Origin: Candidatus Thorarchaeota archaeon
Lineage (GTDB): Archaea; Asgardarchaeota; Thorarchaeia; Thorarchaeales; Thorarchaeaceae
Direction: 5' to 3'
NCBI GenBank assembly: GCA_029858305.1
Contig: JAOUFI010000006.1
Span: 1-64,000, forward strand
Length of the DNA stretch: 64,000 bases
Shown here: in pieces, positions 1 to 8,286 of the stretch
Layout: every line of letters begins with the position of its first letter
Numbering within the stretch: position 1 is the stretch's first letter
The notes under the pieces: model-generated
The model's input: the letters and a program-made list of their open reading frames with translations, nothing else
Told to the model about the DNA's origin: nothing
The model's database searches: none
Made by a program: the position numbers and the translations under genes

Positions 1-2
1 CC

Positions 3-542
3 TCCCGGGGAGCATCAGTGACACTTGTATTAGGGCCCACTTCTCAAAAACCCCCAGGACTTGCTGAAGTTGTTAATGTTCAGACAGCAGAGGAGATGAT
101 GAATGCAGTGATGAATGCACTATCGTCTCGGAAGACCGATGGTCTCGTGTCTGCAGCAGCTGTTTCTGATTATGTGCCTGCAAAGAAGGAAGAAACCAAA
201 CTTGCCTCTGGAAAAAGCGGTCTAGTGATTGAGTTTTTGCCTACAAAGAAAATCATAGAGGAAGCTCGTAGCAAATACAAGAGCCTCTTCATTGTGGGAT
301 TCAAGGTTGAGTCGGGCATCAGTGACGAAGAGCTAGAAAAACGGGCAAGAGCCAAAATTAAGTCGGGAATTTGCGATTTGGTTGTTGCCAACGATGAGCA
401 GAAGAAGGGTGCTGCTTTTGATGTCGATACGAATGAGGTCCTCATAGTCGGAAAAAAGGATTTTGTGAAGCAAATACCACTTGCACCAAAGAGAGAAGTT
501 GCTCATCACATTGTTGACGTGATGATTACGAGTATGAAGTAA
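3..542 (+). CDS. coaBC: CoaBC/Dfp C-terminal part (phosphopantothenate-cysteine ligase domain), 5'-truncated by window edge
   Basis: SAAAVSDY, IVGFKVES and DLVVAND motifs of the CoaB domain; frame open to window start. Confidence 0.9.
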   Translation, partial: SRGASVTLVLGPTSQKPPGLAEVVNVQTAEEMMNAVMNALSSRKTDGLVSAAAVSDYVPAKKEETKLASGKSGLVIEFLPTKKIIEEARSKYKSLFIVGFKVESGISDEELEKRARAKIKSGICDLVVANDEQKKGAAFDVDTNEVLIVGKKDFVKQIPLAPKREVAHHIVDVMITSMK

Positions 543-553
543 ATCCGCTTCAG

Positions 554-916
554 TTAGAGAATCTCAAGCAGAGCTTCAGCCATCCGTTTCATGTCCATGA
601 AAATAAGTCCCAGTTGAGCATCAACCTTTGCAAGTACCAAGAAGACGGCACGATCTCCGACTGAGGTGATGAGTGTATATCCCTTGTCGCCCTTTACATA
701 TATTTCAAGAAGATTCCCTCGATCTAACTCCATTGTTGCTTTCTCACCAAGAGAAGTGATTGCAGCGCTTATCGCAGCAACGTTTTCCTGCTCACTCTCT
801 GGTAAAGCAGAAGCAATCATGAGGCCATCGGGGGATACAAGCGCAGCGCCTTCAACACCGGGAACGGTTTCAAAGTCACGGATGATTTTGTTGATACTGT
901 CAACACGAGTAGACAT
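554..916 (-). CDS. Roadblock/LC7 (MglB-like) protein
   Basis: GVEGAALVSPDGLMIASALP...VAAISAAITSLGE...G.L.EIYVKGDKG is a typical roadblock pattern; start moved to ATG 916. Confidence 0.9.
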   Translation of the reverse strand: MSTRVDSINKIIRDFETVPGVEGAALVSPDGLMIASALPESEQENVAAISAAITSLGEKATMELDRGNLLEIYVKGDKGYTLITSVGDRAVFLVLAKVDAQLGLIFMDMKRMAEALLEIL

Positions 917-1016
917 GCTGGGACCCTCGGCTAATCCAAACAAAGGCTAGTCGGTGCAGTATATATAAAACCTTATTGTAAGCACATGGATTGCGCATTT
1001 AGTTAAAAGGAACAAA

Positions 1017-4000
1017 TCAGACACCGAAGTACTCCTTAGGGTCAAATTTGCCATCTTCTTCTTTGCGTTTCTCCTCTTCTTCCTTTAGACGCTTTTTCGG
1101 TTTGGACTCTCCTTTCTTTTCTCGGCGGAATGAGAATGAATCACCACGCTTTCGTTTGATATAGACCCAACCGACAATAACTGTAGCAACGATACCGCCC
1201 AAAATGATAATCACTACCCATGGGAATGGTCGCACTAACAGATATTGCTCAAAGACCAGAGAGAGCGTGTCAAATCCACTTTTACTAATGTAAAACCTCA
1301 AGTCAAAAACGCCTTGATTAGCAGAAGTCCATGCTTCAGATACTACTACAGTATAATAGCCATCGCCATTTTCTACTACATCCATTTCCGTTTCATTCAA
1401 CCAAAGATGTAGATTGACAGATTCAATAGGATTACCTTCAAAATCTGAAAGACGAATTGTGAATGTGACATGGTCACCTGCCCAAATAATGGATTGGCTC
1501 TGTGAAAGCTGTCTTAGACAGATTGATGGCATAGAACTCCACATTACAATGTTCTCGATGAATGCATCTCTGATTGAACCCGTTGGGTTTGTGGTGGTTA
1601 GTGTAACCTTTCCAGAACCATAAGTACCAGCGACTATCACAGGATTAGAACCAGTTGTTGCTAGTACGGTCAGATTAGCCCAGACTGACGTGAAATGACC
1701 AGTGTGACCAGTTGTTGTGTTTATTGTGTTAGGTGCCATCAACAATGGGTGTGTTTCCTCAACATATGTAACAGGGTCGCTATCCGTAAATGAATCATAA
1801 GACATTGGCCAAGGAATCCAAGGAAGGGATTCTGTTACTCCTAGTACGGCCAGGACACCTCCACTACGCATGTAGGTATCAAATCCACTTGTATATGATG
1901 ATAGATTCTCTGTGAACAATGAGAGTGTAGATGGTTCAATAATGACAGTATATCGAAGCGAAAGAAGAGGCAAGAATTCAGAAAAATTAGATGGCTCATA
2001 GTAATCATAGTCTACCATTAGAGGAGATAGTGCATCAGGAAGATACGTAGAGCTACCTAAAGCCGCAATCGAAGGAACACCTCGTGTGGGAACATGATTT
2101 CCAAAAACCTCAGTTGTAGGATCCACTGCAGAGATATGAGGTGATGCACTTGGTTCATAGAGTTGAATGGATGGGTCTCCAAAGAGTATCTGCTGATTGG
2201 CATAATCACGCGGATCTCTGCCAACAAGAGGATCTGCAAAGTCTGAGGATGTAAGAGATAGACCATATGAAAGGGCTTCTCCGATTGTATCGCCCTGACT
2301 CAGAGATTGTGCCATTAGTACTGAGAGCATTCCAGCAGGCTGAAAATAAACGGTTCGTGGCGAAGCGGTCACGGCTACAGCTCCGTGTTTCATAAGCATA
2401 AGGGGCATATCTGTGCCTCCAAGTAGACAGGCTGTGAGAATAACGATGGGAGAGCCAATGTTGCCAATTGCAGAGTCTAGCTCTTTTGTCGATCTTGTTA
2501 CATGATTCGAAGCTTCAGCCGTGAATACGACTGGGTTTACCAATTTATCGGCATCAGATGAACTCTCTCTCTCTAACTCACTTACTTCGAATCCAAAAGG
2601 CGTGTCCCCATTTCTCATTGAGAAATAGCCCGGTCCGTATGGTCGATTAGGAGGATCTCTAGGCAAGTGTGTTAATGTTCCGTGTGTGGAAAGAGACCAT
2701 AATGCGACTTGAGAATTTAACTGTGCGAAAGTCTCTGTGGCACCAACGTGACTCTCAATACCGAATCCAGCCGCTTCAAGGGCATCGGTGGAGTTCTCAA
2801 TCTGGAATAAGACTGAATAATGAAGTGCATTATCCACAAATTGTGCACCGTCCGTGTATGCATACATGCTAATCAGAGCTGTGTCAGAGGACTCAGCTGT
2901 GAGGAATAGATATCTGTGAAGTAAACCCCGATTGATGAGTACTGATGCTGTGGATGGCTCCTCAGCGGGTATTCGACCGGGATTGAAAGCACACTGTAGA
3001 GATCTGTCAAAACTTGAAGGAAGTAGCGACATTGGTGCCACAATAACACAAGATTGCGCTTCTGTTGCGTTGCGAGCTCCGCGTACGGAAAGAAAACTCT
3101 CAAAGTCATCCACAGACTTCATCATGGAGTATTTGTTTGGGATTCTCTCATCATACCATCCATTCTCAGCACGGTTCTCATACTTGTTAATAACATAGAT
3201 GTTATTGATCTCAGGTCCAATGAGATATGGAGCCCAAGTTTCTTGAGCACGTGTTATCATTTGATTATCATTGCTGCTAAGAGAGAATATAGGAGCACCA
3301 TGAACTGCTGCTGAGTAAGCCGCTGGTCCGATGAACTCACTATTGTCCCCAGTAGGGACTGTAACTACAATGTCTGAACTCTTGGATAATTCAGTGATAT
3401 TTCCAGAAATTGCACTATAGCTATTTAGATTCAATACTGTGGCAGAAGCTGACAGTTCAGTTATGAGTGATGTCTGCTGCAGGTCCCCTACATCAACAAA
3501 CCAGACTGTTGATACATTTAATCTGTCAAGTGCCCATTGAGTGATTTGAGGGACTTGAGTGGGTTCTGCATAGAGAAGTGGAGCATTGAGGAGAGAAGCA
3601 AGAACTGCGCCATTTGAAGCAGATTCCAAATAATTCTGTAAATCTATTGGAAGTCGTGATATCCTCCATGAAAGATTGATGTTATTCTGTTCATTCGTTG
3701 CACCCATCCAAGATGCGATGATATTCCAATTGCCTTCCATAGGGTATGGGAGCTGAATGGTTTCTCGTCCAGGATTAGATAGGATGCTACCAGCAGGTGC
3801 CCACATGACTAAACGACCATTGGGATCTACTAAGGCAAGGTTGAGGTCAGTAGCAACATTATCCCAGTTCATTGTCACATTCAACCATTTTGCGTTCGAA
3901 GGAATAGAAACCGATTGAGAGTATCCGGGATGATAGAGAACTTCGCAATTCATGCTTGTGGTTCCGGGAGTAGCCCTAGTTACATTCATGGTCCAAACAC

Positions 4001-4841
4001 CATCAGCTGTCTTTGGAAGCCAGAAATGTAGTGGAACAGGACTTGCTACATACCCGGGATGCCTTGAAAAATAGACTTGGTTATTCACGGAATAATCTAC
4101 TATCTCTCCATTTGGATCAATTAACTCATGAGTAAGAATCTCAGTACCTGTCCAATTGAAACTGCCTTCGAGCCAGCCTGCCCAAGTAGGGGGCGTGAAA
4201 GTTATGCTGGAGGGGGTGGTAACTCCTGTTACAGAACCTCCAAAGGTATCAAGTTGTGAAGCATCATTTAGAAAAGTATGACTACTGTTTCCTGTGATGA
4301 CTCCACTTGTCTGAAAATCATCCCTCGCCAGAGAGATTACTGCAATGTCAGAAGTGTGCCATTCTGAAACAGCTATTTTTGCCGCAATCTCAGCTGATGT
4401 CGTTCCGGTGAGTCGAGGGTATATCTTCTGCCCAATGCTGTACTGCAGATTTGTGAGATAAGATTCTGAGAAGTCACCAACAGAGATTGCTTGGGTCAGC
4501 CCTCCATCGGTGCTCAGATAATCGATCCAGTCTTCAAGAAACCAGCTCTCACTATTGGAACCAGTCGAATAAATCAGTGGAGAGATATATTGAGTCCCGT
4601 TTTCGTTAAACACGGAGGCTGAAATGGCAGAGATATAGGCGAACTCGTCGATGTATGAATTTGAATCAGGAGCGACGAAAACAATTCTTCTCAAAGGTGT
4701 CTGATTTCCATCAGCACTAGTTGAGAAGTGTCTGAGATTCGTAAATGAACTGGAAGAACTTGGGATAGCTATTGTGACGATGGACCCAAGAAGAACGACC
4801 ATAATGGTGAATGTCAATATCTTTGTTCGCCAGTGTTTCAA
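1017..4841 (-). CDS. Large surface-anchored protein: signal peptide, CW_binding_2-like segments, two PPC-like beta-sandwich repeats, gingipain/C25-like (clan CD) peptidase domain, C-terminal TM anchor
   Basis: N-terminal hydrophobic helix; RLTGTTSAEIAAKIA and GAVLASLLNAPLLY segments; repeated W..G/V...W....L.L.DPNG; STHG and LTACLLG dyad motifs, LFGDPS; TM helix followed by KRKR. Confidence 0.7.
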   Translation of the reverse strand: MKHWRTKILTFTIMVVLLGSIVTIAIPSSSSSFTNLRHFSTSADGNQTPLRRIVFVAPDSNSYIDEFAYISAISASVFNENGTQYISPLIYSTGSNSESWFLEDWIDYLSTDGGLTQAISVGDFSESYLTNLQYSIGQKIYPRLTGTTSAEIAAKIAVSEWHTSDIAVISLARDDFQTSGVITGNSSHTFLNDASQLDTFGGSVTGVTTPSSITFTPPTWAGWLEGSFNWTGTEILTHELIDPNGEIVDYSVNNQVYFSRHPGYVASPVPLHFWLPKTADGVWTMNVTRATPGTTSMNCEVLYHPGYSQSVSIPSNAKWLNVTMNWDNVATDLNLALVDPNGRLVMWAPAGSILSNPGRETIQLPYPMEGNWNIIASWMGATNEQNNINLSWRISRLPIDLQNYLESASNGAVLASLLNAPLLYAEPTQVPQITQWALDRLNVSTVWFVDVGDLQQTSLITELSASATVLNLNSYSAISGNITELSKSSDIVVTVPTGDNSEFIGPAAYSAAVHGAPIFSLSSNDNQMITRAQETWAPYLIGPEINNIYVINKYENRAENGWYDERIPNKYSMMKSVDDFESFLSVRGARNATEAQSCVIVAPMSLLPSSFDRSLQCAFNPGRIPAEEPSTASVLINRGLLHRYLFLTAESSDTALISMYAYTDGAQFVDNALHYSVLFQIENSTDALEAAGFGIESHVGATETFAQLNSQVALWSLSTHGTLTHLPRDPPNRPYGPGYFSMRNGDTPFGFEVSELERESSSDADKLVNPVVFTAEASNHVTRSTKELDSAIGNIGSPIVILTACLLGGTDMPLMLMKHGAVAVTASPRTVYFQPAGMLSVLMAQSLSQGDTIGEALSYGLSLTSSDFADPLVGRDPRDYANQQILFGDPSIQLYEPSASPHISAVDPTTEVFGNHVPTRGVPSIAALGSSTYLPDALSPLMVDYDYYEPSNFSEFLPLLSLRYTVIIEPSTLSLFTENLSSYTSGFDTYMRSGGVLAVLGVTESLPWIPWPMSYDSFTDSDPVTYVEETHPLLMAPNTINTTTGHTGHFTSVWANLTVLATTGSNPVIVAGTYGSGKVTLTTTNPTGSIRDAFIENIVMWSSMPSICLRQLSQSQSIIWAGDHVTFTIRLSDFEGNPIESVNLHLWLNETEMDVVENGDGYYTVVVSEAWTSANQGVFDLRFYISKSGFDTLSLVFEQYLLVRPFPWVVIIILGGIVATVIVGWVYIKRKRGDSFSFRREKKGESKPKKRLKEEEEKRKEEDGKFDPKEYFGV

Positions 4842-4945
4842 TAAGGTCTACTCCATTGGAAGATACATGAATGAGAAAAACTATGCAAATAGAGTTTTCC
4901 CGTTGAGAGACCTAGCAGGTCTGACTTCTGATTTCATGTGAGAAA

Positions 4946-5833
4946 TTAATCATCTTCGATACCAAGCAAATCTGGGTCAAAATCCTCATCAACATCATCG
5001 TCATCTGAGATCTCTTCTTCCTCAGGTAATGCGTCACGCAGATCATCTATCACGCGTCTGAGTCTCCGTCGAGTAGCCTTTGGTATATCCCACATCTTTT
5101 GCTCAGCCCTATCAAGAACCTCTCGACTGATATCGAAGATTTCTGCCTCGAAATAGTTCTGAGCTGCATCTACAAATAACTCAGCAGCCCTTCGTTCATC
5201 CCCACTAGTTTCTGCAATGTCTCCAAGCAATGAGAGTGCATCTGCAATACCAGATTTGTCGCCCATATCCTCGTATAGCTTCAATGCCTTCTTGATCGTT
5301 GCTTGGGCATTTGTCCAGTCCTCTTTATCGGCATATGCGGCGCCCATATCCATAATAACACTCGCCATCCCTTGATCATTCTCAAGAGTTTTGTAGGCTT
5401 TCTGCGCTTTCTTGAAGTACTCCATTGCTTCGTCAAAATTGCCATGACCAAGGCTTGCCAATGCCAAGCCGTATATAGCATCTGCAACACCACTATTATT
5501 TGAAACCTTCTCGAAGAGCTTCATTGCTGTTTGCAGTGATGTTAATGCCTCATCCCATCTTTCCAAGTTTATACTTGCTACTCCAAGATTGTACATTGTA
5601 TCGCTAGTGCCATTCTCATCCTTCAGATCCTTGTAGATTCGTTGGGATTCTTCAAAACACTTGTGAGCCTCATCAAACTCCGCAACAGACATGTAGATGT
5701 TACCTGCTGCATTAAACATTTTTGCAGCTTCATCTTTTTCCCCAGCTTCAAGGGAAGCTGCGGCCTGTTCTAAAAGTTCTGCTGGATCAATATCATCAAT
5801 AGCGAGTTCAGGTTCTTCAGTCATCGGGCTCAC
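4946..5833 (-). CDS. Acidic TPR-repeat protein
   Basis: ~40-aa helical repeats (G.AD..Y.LG.A....G..DEA...F.KA...Y) and acidic C-tail. Confidence 0.85.
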   Translation of the reverse strand: MSPMTEEPELAIDDIDPAELLEQAAASLEAGEKDEAAKMFNAAGNIYMSVAEFDEAHKCFEESQRIYKDLKDENGTSDTMYNLGVASINLERWDEALTSLQTAMKLFEKVSNNSGVADAIYGLALASLGHGNFDEAMEYFKKAQKAYKTLENDQGMASVIMDMGAAYADKEDWTNAQATIKKALKLYEDMGDKSGIADALSLLGDIAETSGDERRAAELFVDAAQNYFEAEIFDISREVLDRAEQKMWDIPKATRRRLRRVIDDLRDALPEEEEISDDDDVDEDFDPDLLGIEDD

Positions 5834-5952
5834 CTATCAATTATGAGTGGTTGCGGCCTATATCGCTTTTGATTCTTTCTAAAGAAACAACTTCCCTATA
5901 TCTCAATTGATACTAGAAGTGAAAATACGGATAAGAGTCTTTGAAAACTTCA

Positions 5953-6654
5953 TTATTTCTGCATAATACTGACTGGATTTTCTAGAAGGGCGCGAACTGA
6001 GTCCTTGACAACAAACTGTTCATCACCGACTTGAACTTCAAGGAGTTTTCGGAGTTCAAACCGTCGCAGATAGCCTACAGCCTGCTCCCGCTCAAGGTTG
6101 AGATCTTTCATCAGTTTCTTGAGACCATCTTTGGCCCCACTGTACTGAGCAAACTTAGCAAAGACAGAACTCCATTGCATCATTACTAAATAGAGTAAAG
6201 TTCTGAGCATACTATCAACATTGGCTCCCGTCTTTGCAGATACTGGAAAGACAGGAAGACCAGCTAGAAATCGAAGGTTCATTCTGAGAGAGTCAACAGG
6301 TCGGGATTCCTGTACATCTTGCTTATTGGCTGCTACGACACAGGGTACTCCTGGTAGAAAGAATGCAATTTCACGGAAGAATAGCTTGGCTCTAGCATCA
6401 GACTCTGGATCTACAGAATCAACGACAAAGATGATACCATCTGCTCCTGAGCTTAGTATTTTACGCATAGTTCGAAATCGTAAGAGCCCTGGTGTGCCAA
6501 ACATGAAGACGCTCATACCAGCTACATTGGCTAGGCCATGATCCATTGCAATGGTTGTGCCCCTACGTTCAATGTTGATACAAGCTCCATTTGTAATATG
6601 GTGTATCATCTGACTCTTACCAGCTTCATAAGGTCCAGTCACAACAATCTTCAT
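5953..6654 (-). CDS. MglA/ATP_bind_1-type small GTPase with C-terminal winged-helix-like extension
   Basis: G1 GPYEAGKS, TTIAMDHG, G3 GTPGL, G4 NKQD, G5 SAK. Confidence 0.9.
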   Translation of the reverse strand: MKIVVTGPYEAGKSQMIHHITNGACINIERRGTTIAMDHGLANVAGMSVFMFGTPGLLRFRTMRKILSSGADGIIFVVDSVDPESDARAKLFFREIAFFLPGVPCVVAANKQDVQESRPVDSLRMNLRFLAGLPVFPVSAKTGANVDSMLRTLLYLVMMQWSSVFAKFAQYSGAKDGLKKLMKDLNLEREQAVGYLRRFELRKLLEVQVGDEQFVVKDSVRALLENPVSIMQK

Positions 6655-6841
6655 TCCTAAACACCAGCGTCTTTCTTCTTGAATGGCATATTCCGTGTAA
6701 CCTGATGGGCGTTAAATGGTTTGCCGTTATTAAGCCTGAATCGTATAGCCTCCCATTATAGATGGCGCGTCCATAACCCAAGAGTATATATCGACAATAA
6801 GCGAACTATTGAACAGAATACTAATAGAAGTGAAGTAAGTC

Positions 6842-7006
6842 ATGTCGGAATCAAGGACAACACCCATCGAAGAGTTTTGGCTCTTTCATGATTTAGAAAA
6901 GGAAGAGATAATCGAGCTTCGTAAGTTCATAGATCCAGAGCTTGACCTCAAATGTGTTGAAGGAATAGATGTTCTTCTAGAAAAATTAAATCATTTGCTC
7001 GGTTAG
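6842..7006 (+). CDS. Small hypothetical protein, 54 aa (MSESRTTPIEEFWLFHDLEKEEIIELRKFIDPELDLKCVEGIDVLLEKLNHLLG)
   Basis: ATG 6842 to TAG 7004-7006 fills the gap between the GTPase and selD; TATA-like GTATATAT at ~6784; amphipathic helical composition; below the ORF-track cutoff. Confidence 0.6.
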   Translation: MSESRTTPIEEFWLFHDLEKEEIIELRKFIDPELDLKCVEGIDVLLEKLNHLLG

Positions 7007-7016
7007 AATATGAGTG

Positions 7017-7093
7017 GAGACCGGCTACTCGCAGTAGCTATCCTCGAACGCCACGCCAGATGGTTTTTGGCGCTCTCACGGGAATTCGGTCTC
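7017..7093 (-). promoter_or_regulatory. SECIS-like RNA element overlapping the selD stop codon
   Basis: RNA reads GUGAG-AGCGCCA-AAAA-CCAUCUGG-CG-UGGCGUU-CGAG: UGAN/NGAN tandem G.A core, stem, unpaired A-run, apical mini-stem; outer GAGACCG/CGGUCUC helix. Confidence 0.7.
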
Positions 7094-8110
7094 AATAAAC
7101 TGAACATCTTGTGCCAATGTGGCACGTGGTGATCCGTCATGTTTTGTAGCTTTACCAACAGTCCAACAGGGCAGACCTTGGTCTGCTAGGAGCTCCTGGA
7201 ATTGATCAACTTTTTCAGGTTCCATAAACACAAGCATTCCGCCTGCAGTTTCAGCACCATATCCAGTTGATAATTTGTGACCAAAGAAATTGGCAAGTTC
7301 AAGCGTTCCTTTAATCACTGGAACTCGATTGATTACAACATCAACACCACTTAGAGAGCTCACATTACTTGCATGACCAAGTAGACCAAATCCAGTGATA
7401 TCAGTTGCAGCATTGACCCCGACTTTGTTCATCGCTTGAGCAACTTCAAAATTGCTCTGGGTCATAATGCGGACTGCATTTTCTTGCATTCTTAGCAAAG
7501 CAAGTTCGTCAAACTCAGCCAGCAGCATTTCACGTTTCTCATCCTTAAGGTCCCTGTAAGACCTCATAGCAGACTGAATACCAAGTGGTTTTGTTAGCAC
7601 TGCTATGTCGCCAGGATGTGCCCCACTAGAGTAAACAACATTTCGTGGATGGGTCACTCCTAAGGCGATTCCACCAAAGACCGGACAAGGATTGGTGATC
7701 GTTTGACCCCCAGAGAGTTTCGAACCAAGATCCGTCATAAAGCTGTTCATCCCCTTTAGGACATTAGCAACAATATGCTCGGGCAAGTTGTCGGGATATG
7801 CGAGGAACGCCTGTAGCGAGAGAATATTGGTAACTCCCATCGCAAACACATCGTTTGTGGCATTGCACGCGATGATTTTACCCTGAATGATGGGGTCATC
7901 GTGAATGGGTGTAAAGATGTCGACGTTCTCTACGACTGCTACTTCATCATTGACGATGCGGACCACAGCATCATCGCCCACCTCACCTTCACAGGTTGTT
8001 CCTTGTGAGAGAAGGCCAGCAGCCTGTAGAAGTCTTATGAGATCATCCTGTTTGACCTTACAGCTTCAACCATGAGTTGTTACCATTGCAGTGAGTCGCA
8101 CTTCAGCCAC
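7076..8110 (-). CDS. selD: Selenophosphate synthetase, selenoprotein (UGA=Sec at 8066-8068)
   Basis: Reading through TGA gives MAEVRLTAMVTTHG-U-SCKVKQDDL..., the SelD active-site motif, in frame with 7076..7981 (GDDA, DIFTPI, NATNDVFAMG, GGQT, LTKPLG, TDITGFGLLGH, ETAGGML); GTG start 8110 downstream of AAGGAGG. Confidence 0.93.
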
Positions 8111-8286
8111 CTAGTGACTCATCCTCCTTATTTTGTTCAGGTTTTTTCAACCCTGAACACTTCCTCCCATGGCAGGGAATAAGCCTTTCCCCATCGTTAT
8201 AATAAACAGTTTGTACAAGCTCACTTCACAAGCCTTATAGCGAGTCTAGCAAAGAAGGTCATAATTGGACATTGAGAGTGTGTTAG

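Noticed and set aside
8111-8122. Pyrrolysine readthrough of the UAG before the selD GUG
   Set aside because: Would add only four residues; no pyl genes in the window; GUG has acceptable SD spacing
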